Below are positions 19,975 through 30,492 of a stretch of DNA of 64,000 nucleotides, piece after piece. Origin of the DNA: Trichormus sp. ATA11-4-KO1 (GTDB taxonomy: Bacteria > Cyanobacteriota > Cyanobacteriia > Cyanobacteriales > Nostocaceae). Numbering within the stretch: the stretch's first letter is position 1; every line of letters starts with the position of its first letter. Position numbers and translations under genes: made by a program. The DNA lies in NCBI GenBank assembly GCA_019358915.1, contig JAHHIM010000036.1, positions 288,001-352,000 on the forward strand, read 5' to 3'. A model generated the notes under the pieces. It worked only from the letters and a program-made list of their open reading frames with translations. It searched no databases and had not been told where the DNA came from.

Positions 19975-20319
19975 TTATGGTCTTCTGCCGAAAGGACGAA
20001 TTGCGTTAACGTTTTCCCGGAATTGTTCTACATCTTCGGTATAACGAATTGGCAGGACATATTCCAAGTTCTCATGGGGACGAGCAATAATGTGAGTAGA
20101 CAATACTTGTCCACCATTGACTCGTTTGACTGATTCTACGCCTGCGCCTACTGAAGCTTGTACTTCGGAAACGTCACCCCGAACGATGACTGTCACCCGA
20201 CCACTACCGATTTTTTCATAGCCCACCAAAGTGACACGAGCAGCTTTCACCATCGCATCAGCAGCTTCTACCACTGCTGGAAAGCCTAGCGTTTCTACCA
20301 TTCCCACTGCGATTGACAT
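19975..20319 (-). CDS. ccmK1: Carboxysome shell protein CcmK1
   Basis: BMC domain with C-terminal extension. Confidence 0.92.
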   Translation of the reverse strand: MSIAVGMVETLGFPAVVEAADAMVKAARVTLVGYEKIGSGRVTVIVRGDVSEVQASVGAGVESVKRVNGGQVLSTHIIARPHENLEYVLPIRYTEDVEQFRENVNAIRPFGRRP

Positions 20320-20412
20320 TAGTTCTAATCCTGAATAAAGTTTTTAGACTGGGACAAAAGTGGCGCTCAAGACAGCAACCTTGTTAATTACTTTAGTTTG
20401 TTTAATCAGCTT

Positions 20413-20721
20413 TTAAGTGCGGAACTGTTCTACGGCTTCCGTATAACGGATCGGCAAAACATATTCTAGGTTTTCATGGGGACGGGCAATGATGTGAGTA
20501 GATAACACTTCACCACCATTTACTCTTCTCGCTGCTTCAACCCCGGCTGAAACTGAAGCTTGTACCTCAGATACATCTCCCCGAACGATCACGGTTACCC
20601 GAGCGCTACCAATTTTTTCATATCCTACCAAAGTTACACGCGCGGCTTTCACCATCGCATCAGCAGCTTCTACTACTGCCGGAAAGCCCTTAGTCTCAAT
20701 CATTCCAACTGCAATTGGCAT
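20413..20721 (-). CDS. ccmK2: Carboxysome shell protein CcmK2
   Basis: BMC domain, 102 aa, first gene of the operon. Confidence 0.92.
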   Translation of the reverse strand: MPIAVGMIETKGFPAVVEAADAMVKAARVTLVGYEKIGSARVTVIVRGDVSEVQASVSAGVEAARRVNGGEVLSTHIIARPHENLEYVLPIRYTEAVEQFRT

Positions 20722-21379
20722 CGCAGAACTCCTAAAAAATTAATCCAATCAGTACTGTGTTTTGAAATGTTTGACGGGGAAGCCCATCTTGATCTGTGAA
20801 AACACTTCCAAATTAAGCATAGGAAAGCTTGGCGTTCCTGGCAATATAAATTAGTATAATAGTTTATGATAAAATAGTTTAAAAAAACTTAACAAAAATT
20901 TATACCCTGCTTTGCTCAATCGAAGTTCATCAATTTCTAGAGCAGCCACTTATGCTTTATAATTTCTTTATCACATTTACAAAATGACATTCATAACCGA
21001 GGCTAATCATGTCTGGTAGGGGAGCATTGATAACTGTATATTATGCTGTATCTATACTTTTGGCGATTTTGTGGGTTGAACAACGACTACGTGAAAAATA
21101 CATAATTATTTTAAATATAACGTATAAACTTCTTTGCGGAAAATAGAAATAGAAATTTCTCCACATAGGTGATGTAATAGAAGTAAATGCTTTTAAGTAT
21201 GTAAACTTATATTTAACTCTGCCTTAATAGGGTAAGCTAAATTTAAAATACTAGGCAAAATTGAGTCAAAAAATAGTTATAAAAACATCAGATTTAAGAA
21301 AACTTATTTTTTAAATAAGTGATTGTTTCAAGATTGTTCTAAGCAAAAAAGCAAGGCTGAGTCGTCAAGGAAAATTTAA

Positions 21380-23236
21380 ATGAATCAGTTTCTATTTTCA
21401 ACAAGTTGGTGGGTGCCATTTTATAGCTTAATCGGCGCACTTGTAACCTTACCGTGGGGAATGGGAATAATTCAGCGTACAGGGCCCAGACCAGCCGCCT
21501 ATTTCAACTTGTTGACGACTTGTGTGGGTTTCGCCCATAGCCTGTTGGTATTTAAACATATTTGGGATCAAGAACCAGAAATTTTGGTGATTAATTGGTT
21601 CCAAGCTGCGGATTTTGACATATCGTTTGCCTTGGAACTTTCGCCAGTCAGCATCGGGGCGACAGTCTTAATTACAGGATTAAGTCTATTAGCACAAGTC
21701 TATGCCCTAGGTTACATGGAAAAGGACTGGTCGTTGGCACGTTTCTTTGGGCTGATCGGATTTTTTGAAACAGCGCTGACTGGTTTAGCAATCAGTGATT
21801 CCTTATTTCTTAGCTATGCCCTGTTGGAAGTCCTGACCCTATCTACTTACTTGTTAGTGGGATTCTGGTATGCGCAACCGCTAGTAGTAACGGCGGCGCG
21901 GGATGCCTTCTTAACTAAGCGGGTAGGAGATTTGTTGCTATTAATGGGCGTAGTCACACTTTCGACCTTAGCAGGCAGTTTGAACTTTTCTGATTTATAT
22001 GTGTGGGCCCAAACGGCTAATTTAAATCCCATCACATCAACTTTGCTGGGGTTGGCATTGATTGCCGGCCCATCTGGTAAATGTGCCCAATTTCCCCTAC
22101 ACCTGTGGTTAGATGAAGCGATGGAAGGCCCTAACCCCGCCTCAGTGATGCGGAATTCGCTAGTTGTAGGCGGTGGTGCTTACATACTATATAAACTTCA
22201 GCCAATATTAACCCTATCCCCAGTGGCCTTAGAGACCTTGGTTGTGTTAGGCACATTGACGGCTGTAGGTGCAACTTTAGTCTCCCTAGCACAAATTGAT
22301 ATTAAGCGCGCCCTATCTCATTCCACTAGTGCATACATGGGCTTAGTGTTTTTGGCCGTAGGGTTAGAACAAGGTGGTGTCGCCCTCATGCTGTTGTTAA
22401 CTCATGCGATCGCTAAAGCTCTATTATTCATGAGTTCTGGTTCAGTCATTTACACCACTAGTACCCAAGACTTAACAGAAATGGGTGGTCTATGGTCGCG
22501 GATGCCAGCTACTACCACAGCCTTTATTGTTGGTTCTGCCGGCATGGTAACACTGCTACCCCTGGGAAGCTTCTGGGCAATGTTAGCATGGGCTGACGGC
22601 TTAGTTCATGTTAGCCCTTGGGTGATTGCCGTCTTGGTATTAGTCAATGGCTTGACAGCCTTAAACTTGACGCGGGTGTTTAGATTAATATTTTGGGGTA
22701 AACCGCAACAAAAGACCCGTCGGGCCCCAGAAGTTGGCTGGCAAATGGCCTTACCAATGGTTTCACTTACCGTAGTTACTTTACTATTACCCCTGATGTT
22801 ACAGCAATGGTATTTGCTACCTAATTGGGAAAGTATTGATTTTTACATATTATTACTGCTACTGGCTTCTACTGTAGTAGGTGTAGCCATAGGGTCTACA
22901 TTATATCTGCATAAAGCCTGGTCAAGATCCAGAATCCTCGCCTGGAGATTTATGCAGGACTTGTTGGGATATGATTTTTACATTGACCGCATTTATAAAC
23001 TAACGGTAGTCAATACAGTGGCACTGCTATCGAGAATTTCCGCTTGGAGCGATCGCTATCTAGTTGATGGTCTAGTGAACTTGATTGGGTTTGCGACAAT
23101 CCTCGGTGGACAAAGTTTAAAATACAGCATTTCTGGTCAATCCCAGGCGTACATGTTGACTATTCTCGTAGGAATCAGCGTCCTGGGTTTCTTTATTAGC
23201 TGGTCATTAGGTCTGCTAGATAAATTACCCTTTTAA
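21380..23236 (+). CDS. ndhF4: NDH-1 CO2-uptake subunit NdhF4
   Basis: GKCAQFPLHLWLDEAMEGP; linked to ndhD and cupB. Confidence 0.9.
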   Translation: MNQFLFSTSWWVPFYSLIGALVTLPWGMGIIQRTGPRPAAYFNLLTTCVGFAHSLLVFKHIWDQEPEILVINWFQAADFDISFALELSPVSIGATVLITGLSLLAQVYALGYMEKDWSLARFFGLIGFFETALTGLAISDSLFLSYALLEVLTLSTYLLVGFWYAQPLVVTAARDAFLTKRVGDLLLLMGVVTLSTLAGSLNFSDLYVWAQTANLNPITSTLLGLALIAGPSGKCAQFPLHLWLDEAMEGPNPASVMRNSLVVGGGAYILYKLQPILTLSPVALETLVVLGTLTAVGATLVSLAQIDIKRALSHSTSAYMGLVFLAVGLEQGGVALMLLLTHAIAKALLFMSSGSVIYTTSTQDLTEMGGLWSRMPATTTAFIVGSAGMVTLLPLGSFWAMLAWADGLVHVSPWVIAVLVLVNGLTALNLTRVFRLIFWGKPQQKTRRAPEVGWQMALPMVSLTVVTLLLPLMLQQWYLLPNWESIDFYILLLLLASTVVGVAIGSTLYLHKAWSRSRILAWRFMQDLLGYDFYIDRIYKLTVVNTVALLSRISAWSDRYLVDGLVNLIGFATILGGQSLKYSISGQSQAYMLTILVGISVLGFFISWSLGLLDKLPF

Positions 23237-23265
23237 AAGTGTTGAGTTAGTCACTGCGCTCCCAT

Positions 23266-23312
23266 TAAAAATTAAAAATGAAGAATATAATTTTTAATTT
23301 TTAATTTTTAAT
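23266..23312. repeat. Inverted AT-rich heptamer arrays (TAAAAAT/ATTTTTA)
   Basis: ttaaaaattaaaaatg ... tttttaatttttaatttttaat. Confidence 0.65.
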
Positions 23313-23336
23313 TCCTCCCCTTACCTAGTTCTGCCT

Positions 23337-24839
23337 ATGCTGAGTGCATTAATTTTACTGCCGTTTTTCGGTGCGGCGTTAATCGGTTTCTGGCCTGCTG
23401 GCATCAGTGGAAAACTTTCTCGTAGGATAGCTTTACTCTTCGCCAGTCTTACTTTTTTGTGGACAGTTTTACTCACAATCAAGTTTAATCCAGGAGAAGT
23501 CACTCAACAATTTGCGGAATTTCTCCCCTGGATAGATTCCTTGGGCCTAAATTACAATTTAGGAATAGATGGATTATCTTTACCGTTACTGGTTTTGAAT
23601 GGCATATTAACTTGTATAGCCATCTACAGCAGTGATGAATCCCTGCAACGTCCTAGATTCTATTACTCCTTAATACTATTATTAAGTGCTGGGGTAAGTG
23701 GAGCTTTTCTAGCACAGGACTTACTCTTATTTTTCCTGTTTTATGAGCTAGAACTGATACCTCTGTATTTATTGATTGCCATTTGGGGAGGTGCAAGACG
23801 AGGTTATGCAGCTACAAAATTCCTCATTTATACTGCTGTTTCCGGCATCTTGATTTTAGCCAGTTTCCTCGGGATGGTTTGGCTAAGTGGTTCCTCTAAC
23901 TTTGCACTAGCAACCTTGAATACTACAACTTTACCTTTAGCAACACAACTTTTACTGCTTGGGGGAATTTTAGTAGGTTTTGGCATTAAAATTCCCTTAG
24001 TGCCCTTTCATACCTGGTTGCCAGATGCTCACGTTGAAGCTTCCACACCCATTTCCGTGCTGTTGGCTGGGGTACTGTTGAAGTTGGGAACTTATGGGAC
24101 ACTGCGGTTTGGCATGAACTTGTTGCCAGAAGCTTGGAGTTATTTAGCCCCTTGGTTGGCGACTTGGGCCGTGGTGAGTGTGTTATTTGGCTCATCCTGC
24201 GCGATCGCCCAAACTGATATGAAAAAAATGGTGGCGTATAGTTCCATTGGACATATGGGCTACGTACTGTTGGCGGCGGCGGCGGCGACACCTTTAAGCA
24301 CCTTGGGTGCAGTCATGCAAATGATTAGCCACGGCTTGATTTCTGCACTGCTATTTTTGCTAGTGGGAGTTGTTTATCAAAAAGCTGGTAGTCGCGATTT
24401 AGATGTAATTAAAGGACTGCTAAACCCAGAACGAGGTTTACCCGTAATTGGTAGCTTGATGGTTTTAGGAGTCATGGCCAGCGCTGGTATCCCAGGAATG
24501 GTCGGGTTTATTGCTGAATTCGTCGTTTTTCGGGGCAGTTTTCCAGTTTTTCCCGTACAGACCTTATTATCTATGCTGGGTACAGGCTTAACTGCGGTTT
24601 ACTTCTTAATTTTGATGAATCGCGCCTTTTTTGGCCGGTTGTCGCCACAAGTCATCAACCTACCGCGCGTATTTTGGAGCGATCGCATTCCTGCCATAAT
24701 CTTAGCAGTACTAATTGTCATTTTCGGTATCCAACCCTCTTGGTTAGTGCGCTGGACTGAACCAACAATTACAGCAATGGTTAATACCCAAAATTTAGTG
24801 GACGCAGTGTCTTTAGACAAAGTAAAAAGCCAAACTTAA
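23337..24839 (+). CDS. ndhD4: NDH-1 subunit NdhD4
   Basis: KIPLVPFHTWLPDAHVEA, KKMVAYSSIGHMG; operon context. Confidence 0.9.
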   Translation: MLSALILLPFFGAALIGFWPAGISGKLSRRIALLFASLTFLWTVLLTIKFNPGEVTQQFAEFLPWIDSLGLNYNLGIDGLSLPLLVLNGILTCIAIYSSDESLQRPRFYYSLILLLSAGVSGAFLAQDLLLFFLFYELELIPLYLLIAIWGGARRGYAATKFLIYTAVSGILILASFLGMVWLSGSSNFALATLNTTTLPLATQLLLLGGILVGFGIKIPLVPFHTWLPDAHVEASTPISVLLAGVLLKLGTYGTLRFGMNLLPEAWSYLAPWLATWAVVSVLFGSSCAIAQTDMKKMVAYSSIGHMGYVLLAAAAATPLSTLGAVMQMISHGLISALLFLLVGVVYQKAGSRDLDVIKGLLNPERGLPVIGSLMVLGVMASAGIPGMVGFIAEFVVFRGSFPVFPVQTLLSMLGTGLTAVYFLILMNRAFFGRLSPQVINLPRVFWSDRIPAIILAVLIVIFGIQPSWLVRWTEPTITAMVNTQNLVDAVSLDKVKSQT

Positions 24840-24929
24840 TGATGGAAATAGGGGTTAGGGAAGGAGATAAAAAACTTAATCTCCCTATCTCCCCATTCCC
24901 TAATCCCTACATTTTTTGGAGATATTTTC

Positions 24930-26060
24930 ATGATAAAAATGAAGAAAAAGCCCACTAATCATCCCTTAGCTGAGTATATTGAAAGACTGCTCAAAGGAGG
25001 CGCATTACTCCCCGACAATCCAGACAATGTACTGGAAGTAGTTGGTATTCTTAAAAGCTATGGTGTAGTTTTAGATGCCTATTCCCAAAATCTTATTTAT
25101 ATTGCGGAACATCAATTTTTAGTATTTTTCCCCTTCTTTAAATATTTTAATGGAGAGATTACTTTCCCAAAATTAATCCGTCACTTGTGGCATGATCGCA
25201 TTAATTTTGAATATGCCGAATATTGTATGAAAGCCATGATGTGGCATGGTGGCGGAGGACTAGATCAATATTTAGATACACCAGAATTCCAAGAAAGAGC
25301 ACAAGCAGTTATTCAAGCAAAATTTAAAAATAATCCCATCGTAATGGGAATGAATCAACTATTTCCCGACTTTTTAACTGAAATGTTGCGTGTCTCTGCC
25401 TATTACACTGGGTTGGGACAATTTTGGCGGGTGATGGCTGATATGTTCCTCGACCTATCAGACCGCTATGATCGAGGAGAAATTAAAACTATTCCTCAAG
25501 TTGTAGACCATATTAAAGCAGCTTTGGTGGCAGATGCTTTAAAGCCTATTACCTACACCGTTAAAATTCACAATAAAGCCTATGATATCATCCCCAAATC
25601 AGTTGGGTTGACATTTTTAGCCGATACAGCAGTGCCTTATGTAGAGGCAGTATTCTTTCGGGGAACCCCTTTTCATGGCACAGTTTCATATAATGCTCAA
25701 GCATATCAAATTCCCCTAGATCAATCTCGATTTCAGTATGGCGCACTATACGCAGATCCTTTACCTATAGGTGGTGCGGGTATTCCTCCTACCTTGCTGA
25801 TGCAAGATATGCGTCATTATCTGCCAGATTATTTACACCAAATTTATCGTCGTAGTCTTCGGGGTGAAGATGATTTGCGAGTCCAAATTTGCATAAGTTT
25901 CCAAAAATCGATGTTTTGTGTGACCACGGCAGCGATTTTAGGACTAATGCCTTATCCTCAAGATACTCAAGATCCATCTGAGCAAACTGCTAATCGAGTC
26001 TATTTACAAAAGTGGATGGATCGATTACAGACTTCACGATTGCCGGATGTGAATAAATAG
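24930..26060 (+). CDS. cupB: CO2 hydration protein CupB/ChpX
   Basis: WHDRINFEYAEYC, GIPPTLLMQDMRH; 376 aa fits CupB rather than the longer CupA. Confidence 0.9.
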   Translation: MIKMKKKPTNHPLAEYIERLLKGGALLPDNPDNVLEVVGILKSYGVVLDAYSQNLIYIAEHQFLVFFPFFKYFNGEITFPKLIRHLWHDRINFEYAEYCMKAMMWHGGGGLDQYLDTPEFQERAQAVIQAKFKNNPIVMGMNQLFPDFLTEMLRVSAYYTGLGQFWRVMADMFLDLSDRYDRGEIKTIPQVVDHIKAALVADALKPITYTVKIHNKAYDIIPKSVGLTFLADTAVPYVEAVFFRGTPFHGTVSYNAQAYQIPLDQSRFQYGALYADPLPIGGAGIPPTLLMQDMRHYLPDYLHQIYRRSLRGEDDLRVQICISFQKSMFCVTTAAILGLMPYPQDTQDPSEQTANRVYLQKWMDRLQTSRLPDVNK

Positions 26061-26085
26061 ATGCATTTTAATTTATGAATTTATC

Positions 26086-26211
26086 TCGCGCAAAGGCGAG
26101 GCAGCGCGGTCTTGGGGGTTTCCCCCATGAGCGACTGCCGTAGCAAAGGCGCAAAGGTACAAAGAAAAATCAGGGTAATTTTGGCATTTCATATTCTGAT
26201 TCAGCAACGCC
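26086..26211. repeat. CGCAAAGG array interrupted by a 44-nt structured element, plus a solo GCAACGCC MITE end
   Basis: Insert at 26098-26141; tgattcagcaacgcc is identical to the right end of the 11151 MITE. Confidence 0.7.
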
Positions 26212-26365
26212 AAAATCTGTTATGGGTTATGCGATCGCCTACTCATACTTGCAATTCAAATCCATGTGTGATTCATTTCTCAGCCAGTAAAACAGTTAAT
26301 TTACGGAAATAGTGTGACTTATTGGCTTTAGCGATTTAAAATCTGAGTCAAATCATTGGTATATT

Positions 26366-27196
26366 TTGCTATTCGTGTCCACTTCTGCAAAAACCTTTCC
26401 TGTCTGGGGATTTTTCCTGCTGGGAACTAACGGCATACTAATGTTGGCGGTCATCTTGCTCATTTGGCAACAACAGCAATTGACTTCAGTTTTTAGCGCT
26501 ACACCATCCCTAGATCAAGTTCATCAATCCCCAGCCGTCAAACCAGAGTCAGTCCCACGTCATCAACTCAATTACCAGCAGTGGGTAGACATTCTCAAAC
26601 AAGAAGCCAAAGTAGCAGCTGATCAGCGTCCTCAGCGTTTAAGCATATTGGTAGGAGATTCTCTGACTCTGTGGTTTCCCGTTGAGTTATTACCCGAAGA
26701 TAGAAACTGGCTCAATCAGGCAATTTCTGGCGAAAGCAGCGAAGGACTATTAAAAAGATTAGCCTTATTTGACAGTACCCAGCCTGAGGTAATTTTTGTG
26801 ATGATTGGCATCAATGATCTGATTCGAGGGGTAAGCGATCAGGTCATCTTAGATAATCAGCAGCGAATTATGATTGACCTCCGTAAGGCGCATCCCAAGG
26901 CGCAAATCGTTGTACAGTCAATTTTGCCTCATGGGGGAGAAAATGCCACTTGGGAAGGACGAGAGAAACTGCTGGTGATTGCTAACAGTCGGATTCGTCA
27001 GTTGAATCAACAACTGCAAAGCATCGCTACCAAAGTAGGTGTTAAATATCTTGATTTGTATCCCTTGTTTACTGATCAACAAGGTAACCTGCGCCATGAA
27101 TTCACCACTGATGGCTTACACCTGAGTCCCACAGGCTATGTAGTTTGGCGTACCGCATTACAAATGTATAGCAATATGGAATTAGCATCTCTGTAA
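26366..27196 (+). CDS. SGNH/GDSL hydrolase with N-terminal membrane anchor
   Basis: GDSL, IGIND and DGLH blocks; start may be GTG 26375. Confidence 0.9.
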   Translation: MLFVSTSAKTFPVWGFFLLGTNGILMLAVILLIWQQQQLTSVFSATPSLDQVHQSPAVKPESVPRHQLNYQQWVDILKQEAKVAADQRPQRLSILVGDSLTLWFPVELLPEDRNWLNQAISGESSEGLLKRLALFDSTQPEVIFVMIGINDLIRGVSDQVILDNQQRIMIDLRKAHPKAQIVVQSILPHGGENATWEGREKLLVIANSRIRQLNQQLQSIATKVGVKYLDLYPLFTDQQGNLRHEFTTDGLHLSPTGYVVWRTALQMYSNMELASL

Positions 27197-27388
27197 TAAT
27201 ACCAGGGGACAGGCTGGAAAGTTCTTTGGTGTGCGGGTTTTATGATTAGTTTATGTTCTAACTTATTTCGTTAAATCAATTGCAGCGAATCAACCAGTTT
27301 GTAGCGACAATTGATTTACCGGATATTCTGGTGGGTATAAGCAATTGCCACCAGAATATTTGACTCGCTATGCAAACAAAGGAAACAG

Positions 27389-28015
27389 ATGGAAACTAAG
27401 CCAATGGAACCATCACTAGCACTCACAGAAATTCCCCCTGGCTATCTGAACATCATGGGTTATGTTGACGAGTCAGAAGTTAATGGACCTGGTTGTCGTG
27501 CTGTTATCTGGGTACAAGGTTGTCCGCGTGAGTGTCCTGGCTGCTTTAATCCTGACTCCTGGTCATTTGAGATTAACCAACTGATTTCTGTTGATACTCT
27601 GGCTGAAAAAATTCTCAACAAACCTCGCAATACAGGCGTAACATTCTCTGGTGGAGAACCTTTTTGGCAAGCAGCTGCACTAGCATCTCTAGCTCGCAAG
27701 CTAAAAGCTGCTGGGTTAAATGTGATGTCTTTCTCAGGGTTCACTCTGAAGCAACTACAATCTGAATCTGCTCCGCCAAATTCCCAAGAATTGTTAGAAG
27801 AACTAGATATTTTGATTGATGGGCCTTTTGTGGAGTCTCTAGCAATTAATTCTCCCAACTCCCCTGTTTCTTCTAAGAATCAACGGGTTAATGTCTTCAA
27901 CCTGGATTTATCCGACCAAATTACTTGGGCTAGCGACCAGATAGAAGTCCACATCCTCAAGGATGGTAGCCGCATTGTCACTGGCTACCAAGGTGGATTG
28001 ACGTTGAGTGATTAA
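27389..28015 (+). CDS. Radical SAM protein, NrdG/activase-like
   Basis: NGPG.R..WVQGCPRECPGCFN (CxxxCxxC), TFSGGEP, DILIDGPF. Confidence 0.85.
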   Translation: METKPMEPSLALTEIPPGYLNIMGYVDESEVNGPGCRAVIWVQGCPRECPGCFNPDSWSFEINQLISVDTLAEKILNKPRNTGVTFSGGEPFWQAAALASLARKLKAAGLNVMSFSGFTLKQLQSESAPPNSQELLEELDILIDGPFVESLAINSPNSPVSSKNQRVNVFNLDLSDQITWASDQIEVHILKDGSRIVTGYQGGLTLSD

Positions 28016-28281
28016 TATTTTTTGAGTAGTAAATTTACCGTGTTCTTAACGTTTTAACGCTGGCTGCCACAGTTCACATCTGATTAGCTGCTTCCATTAT
28101 TGATTGAGTGGGGGTTAATTTCTTCCTTTATTTTCGCTGATTTTCACCCCCACCTGCTAGTTCATCTGTTCTAACAAATCTGAGATGCTCCCAACTGATC
28201 CCTTAGTTATTACCATTTGTCATTAATTTACAGATCAGTGGTCAATAGAAAACAACTGATCAATCAACAAAGCTTGTCACA

Positions 28282-28725
28282 ATGAAACTAACTACCAGAG
28301 GACATTACAGTGTGAAGGCGTTACTAGATTTGAGCTTACAGCCAAGTTATGGGCCTGTACCTGTGAGAGCGATCGCTAAACGCCAAGATATCCCAGCACC
28401 TTACCTAGAGAAATTGCTAATAGAAATGCGTCGTGCGGGATTAGTGAAATCAATTCGGGGTAGCATTGGCGGTTACCAACTAGCACGAAAACCTGCACAA
28501 ATTTCTATAGGACAAATTTTGGAGGCTGTCGGCGAAACTATCACTCATTTACCTCATCACACTCCCACGCCAGCGCAAACTGAAGATTGGGTAACCTTTA
28601 CTCTTTGGCAGAGACTCAACCAAAAACTGAAAGAAGCTTTGTACAGTATTACTCTCGCAGATCTCTATTATGATGCTCGTAGTTGGCAAGCTTCTCTTGG
28701 GGAAGAAGCTAGCTTTGTTGTTTAG
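28282..28725 (+). CDS. Rrf2-family transcriptional regulator
   Basis: MKLTTRGHY, YLEKLL..MRRAGLVKSIRGSIGGYQL; no Fe-S cysteines. Confidence 0.9.
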   Translation: MKLTTRGHYSVKALLDLSLQPSYGPVPVRAIAKRQDIPAPYLEKLLIEMRRAGLVKSIRGSIGGYQLARKPAQISIGQILEAVGETITHLPHHTPTPAQTEDWVTFTLWQRLNQKLKEALYSITLADLYYDARSWQASLGEEASFVV

Positions 28726-28765
28726 TTATTGGTCATTGGTCATTAGTCATCGGTCATTGGTTATT
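28726..28765. repeat. STRR heptamer array (TTGGTCA-like)
   Basis: ttggtca ttggtca ttagtca tcggtca ttggtta. Confidence 0.85.
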
Positions 28766-28785
28766 AGGGGTCACACATCAGACAA

Positions 28786-29748
28786 ATGACATTAGCAGTC
28801 GTTTTTATCGTTGCTGCACTTTTAGATTACTTCATCGGTGATCCTTGGGGTTGGCCTCATCCAGTGCAAGTTATGGGTGGGGTAATTTCTCGCCTGATAA
28901 AATTTTTTGGGCAAGTTTGTCAGAGTTCTTTAACACAACGGATGGCTGGAATTACGTTAGGCATGATCCTAATAATTGGTAGCGGCTGTGTCGGCTGGTT
29001 AATAATTCAAACTGCCAAAAGGCTGCATCCATTATTGGGAATTATCTTAGAAAGCATTCTTTTAGCTAGTTGTTTTGCTTTGAGAAGTCTGCGCGCAGCA
29101 GCCGAAGCTGTTTTACAACCTTTAACAGCAGGAGATATAGGGGAAGCGCGTCATATTTTAAGTAATTATGTTGGTCGAGATACACAAAACCTCTCAGAAC
29201 CAGAAATTTTGCGAGCCGTATTAGAAACAGTCACAGAAAATGCTACTGATGGAGTTATGGCTCCACTTTTTTATGCAATTGTTGGTGCTTGTTTACCAGG
29301 TGTAGGCCCAACTCCTTTGGCTTTGGCATATAAAGCCAGTAGTACCCTTGATTCAATGGTGGGCTATCGAGAAGCACCCTATACTTATTTGGGGTGGTTT
29401 AGTGCCAGGTTAGAAGATTGCTTAACTTGGTTACCTTGTCGCTTAACAGTAATCACCTTGGCAATTGTATCGGGTAAACCCGTGCATGTTTGGCGAATTT
29501 GTCGGCGAGATGCAGTTACTGATCCTAGTCCCAACTCTGGCTGGAGTGAGTGTGCTTATGCTGCTATTTTGGGCGTGCAAATGGGAGGTCAAAATTGGTA
29601 TCGCGGAGTAGCCAAACCAAAACCCCTGCTAGGAGATGCAATTTATCCCATCACGCCAAATTCTATTCAAAGTGCCCTGCAACTGACGCGATATTGCTTT
29701 TTATTGTGGTTAGCGATCGCTATACTCTCAATAAGCCTAAACAGGTAG
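28786..29748 (+). CDS. cbiB: Adenosylcobinamide-phosphate synthase CbiB
   Basis: GDP..WPHPV, VGRDT, ENATDGVMAP, TLDSMVGY, SPNSG. Confidence 0.93.
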   Translation: MTLAVVFIVAALLDYFIGDPWGWPHPVQVMGGVISRLIKFFGQVCQSSLTQRMAGITLGMILIIGSGCVGWLIIQTAKRLHPLLGIILESILLASCFALRSLRAAAEAVLQPLTAGDIGEARHILSNYVGRDTQNLSEPEILRAVLETVTENATDGVMAPLFYAIVGACLPGVGPTPLALAYKASSTLDSMVGYREAPYTYLGWFSARLEDCLTWLPCRLTVITLAIVSGKPVHVWRICRRDAVTDPSPNSGWSECAYAAILGVQMGGQNWYRGVAKPKPLLGDAIYPITPNSIQSALQLTRYCFLLWLAIAILSISLNR

Positions 29749-29884
29749 TAGAGGTGCAGAGGTGCAGAGGAGAAAAAACTAATATATATCTAGGTTCAGT
29801 CTAAAAATTAAATTACCACTACTCTGCATCCAAAAAGACTATCAGATTCTTTTCTTCTCCTGTCCCCTATCCCCTCTCTAAATT

Positions 29885-30418
29885 ATGTCTGCCAAAGTAG
29901 TCGAAATTCTCTCATCTGAAGACCTCCGCCGCACCTTAACGCGCCTGGCCTCTCAGATTGTGGAAAGGACGCGTGATTTATCCCAACTAGTACTCCTAGG
30001 TATTTATACTAGAGGAGCGGTATTAGCCGAATTGTTGGCACGTCAGATTGAAACTCTTGAAGGTGTCACCGTGGCGGTAGGAGCATTAGACATTACATTT
30101 TATCGAGATGATCTTGACCAAATTGGCTTAAGAACTCCAGCGAAAACCAACATTCCTTTTGATCTCACAGGAAAAACAGTTGTGCTGGTAGATGATGTGA
30201 TTTTCAAAGGTCGGACAATTCGCGCTGCATTAAATGCTGTCACTGAGTATGGTAGACCAGAAGTAATTCGTTTAGCTGTTTTAGTAGACAGGGGTCATCG
30301 AGAATTACCAATTCACCCAGATTTCATTGGCAAGCAGTTACCTACAGCCAAAGAAGAAGTGGTTAAAGTTTACTTACAAGATGGGGATGGCAGAGATGCC
30401 GTGGAATTGATGGGATGA
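29885..30418 (+). CDS. pyrR: PyrR pyrimidine regulator / uracil phosphoribosyltransferase
   Basis: [33 protein letters not shown]. Confidence 0.95.
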   Translation: MSAKVVEILSSEDLRRTLTRLASQIVERTRDLSQLVLLGIYTRGAVLAELLARQIETLEGVTVAVGALDITFYRDDLDQIGLRTPAKTNIPFDLTGKTVVLVDDVIFKGRTIRAALNAVTEYGRPEVIRLAVLVDRGHRELPIHPDFIGKQLPTAKEEVVKVYLQDGDGRDAVELMG

Positions 30419-30443
30419 TGAAAGTGCTTCCTTCCTGAGTGCG

Positions 30444-30467
30444 CTTGCCCTGAGCGAAGTCGAAGGG
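30444..30467. repeat. 24-nt small dispersed repeat
   Basis: Identical to 17784-17807; both are followed by tgctgagtaaaaaatacta-like sequence. Confidence 0.85.
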
Positions 30468-30492
30468 GAGTGCTGAGTAAAAATACTACTCC

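Noticed and set aside
27323..27359. 12-bp inverted repeat ATATTCTGGTGG/CCACCAGAATAT
   Set aside because: Single hairpin between co-oriented genes; adequately explained as a terminator or stabiliser
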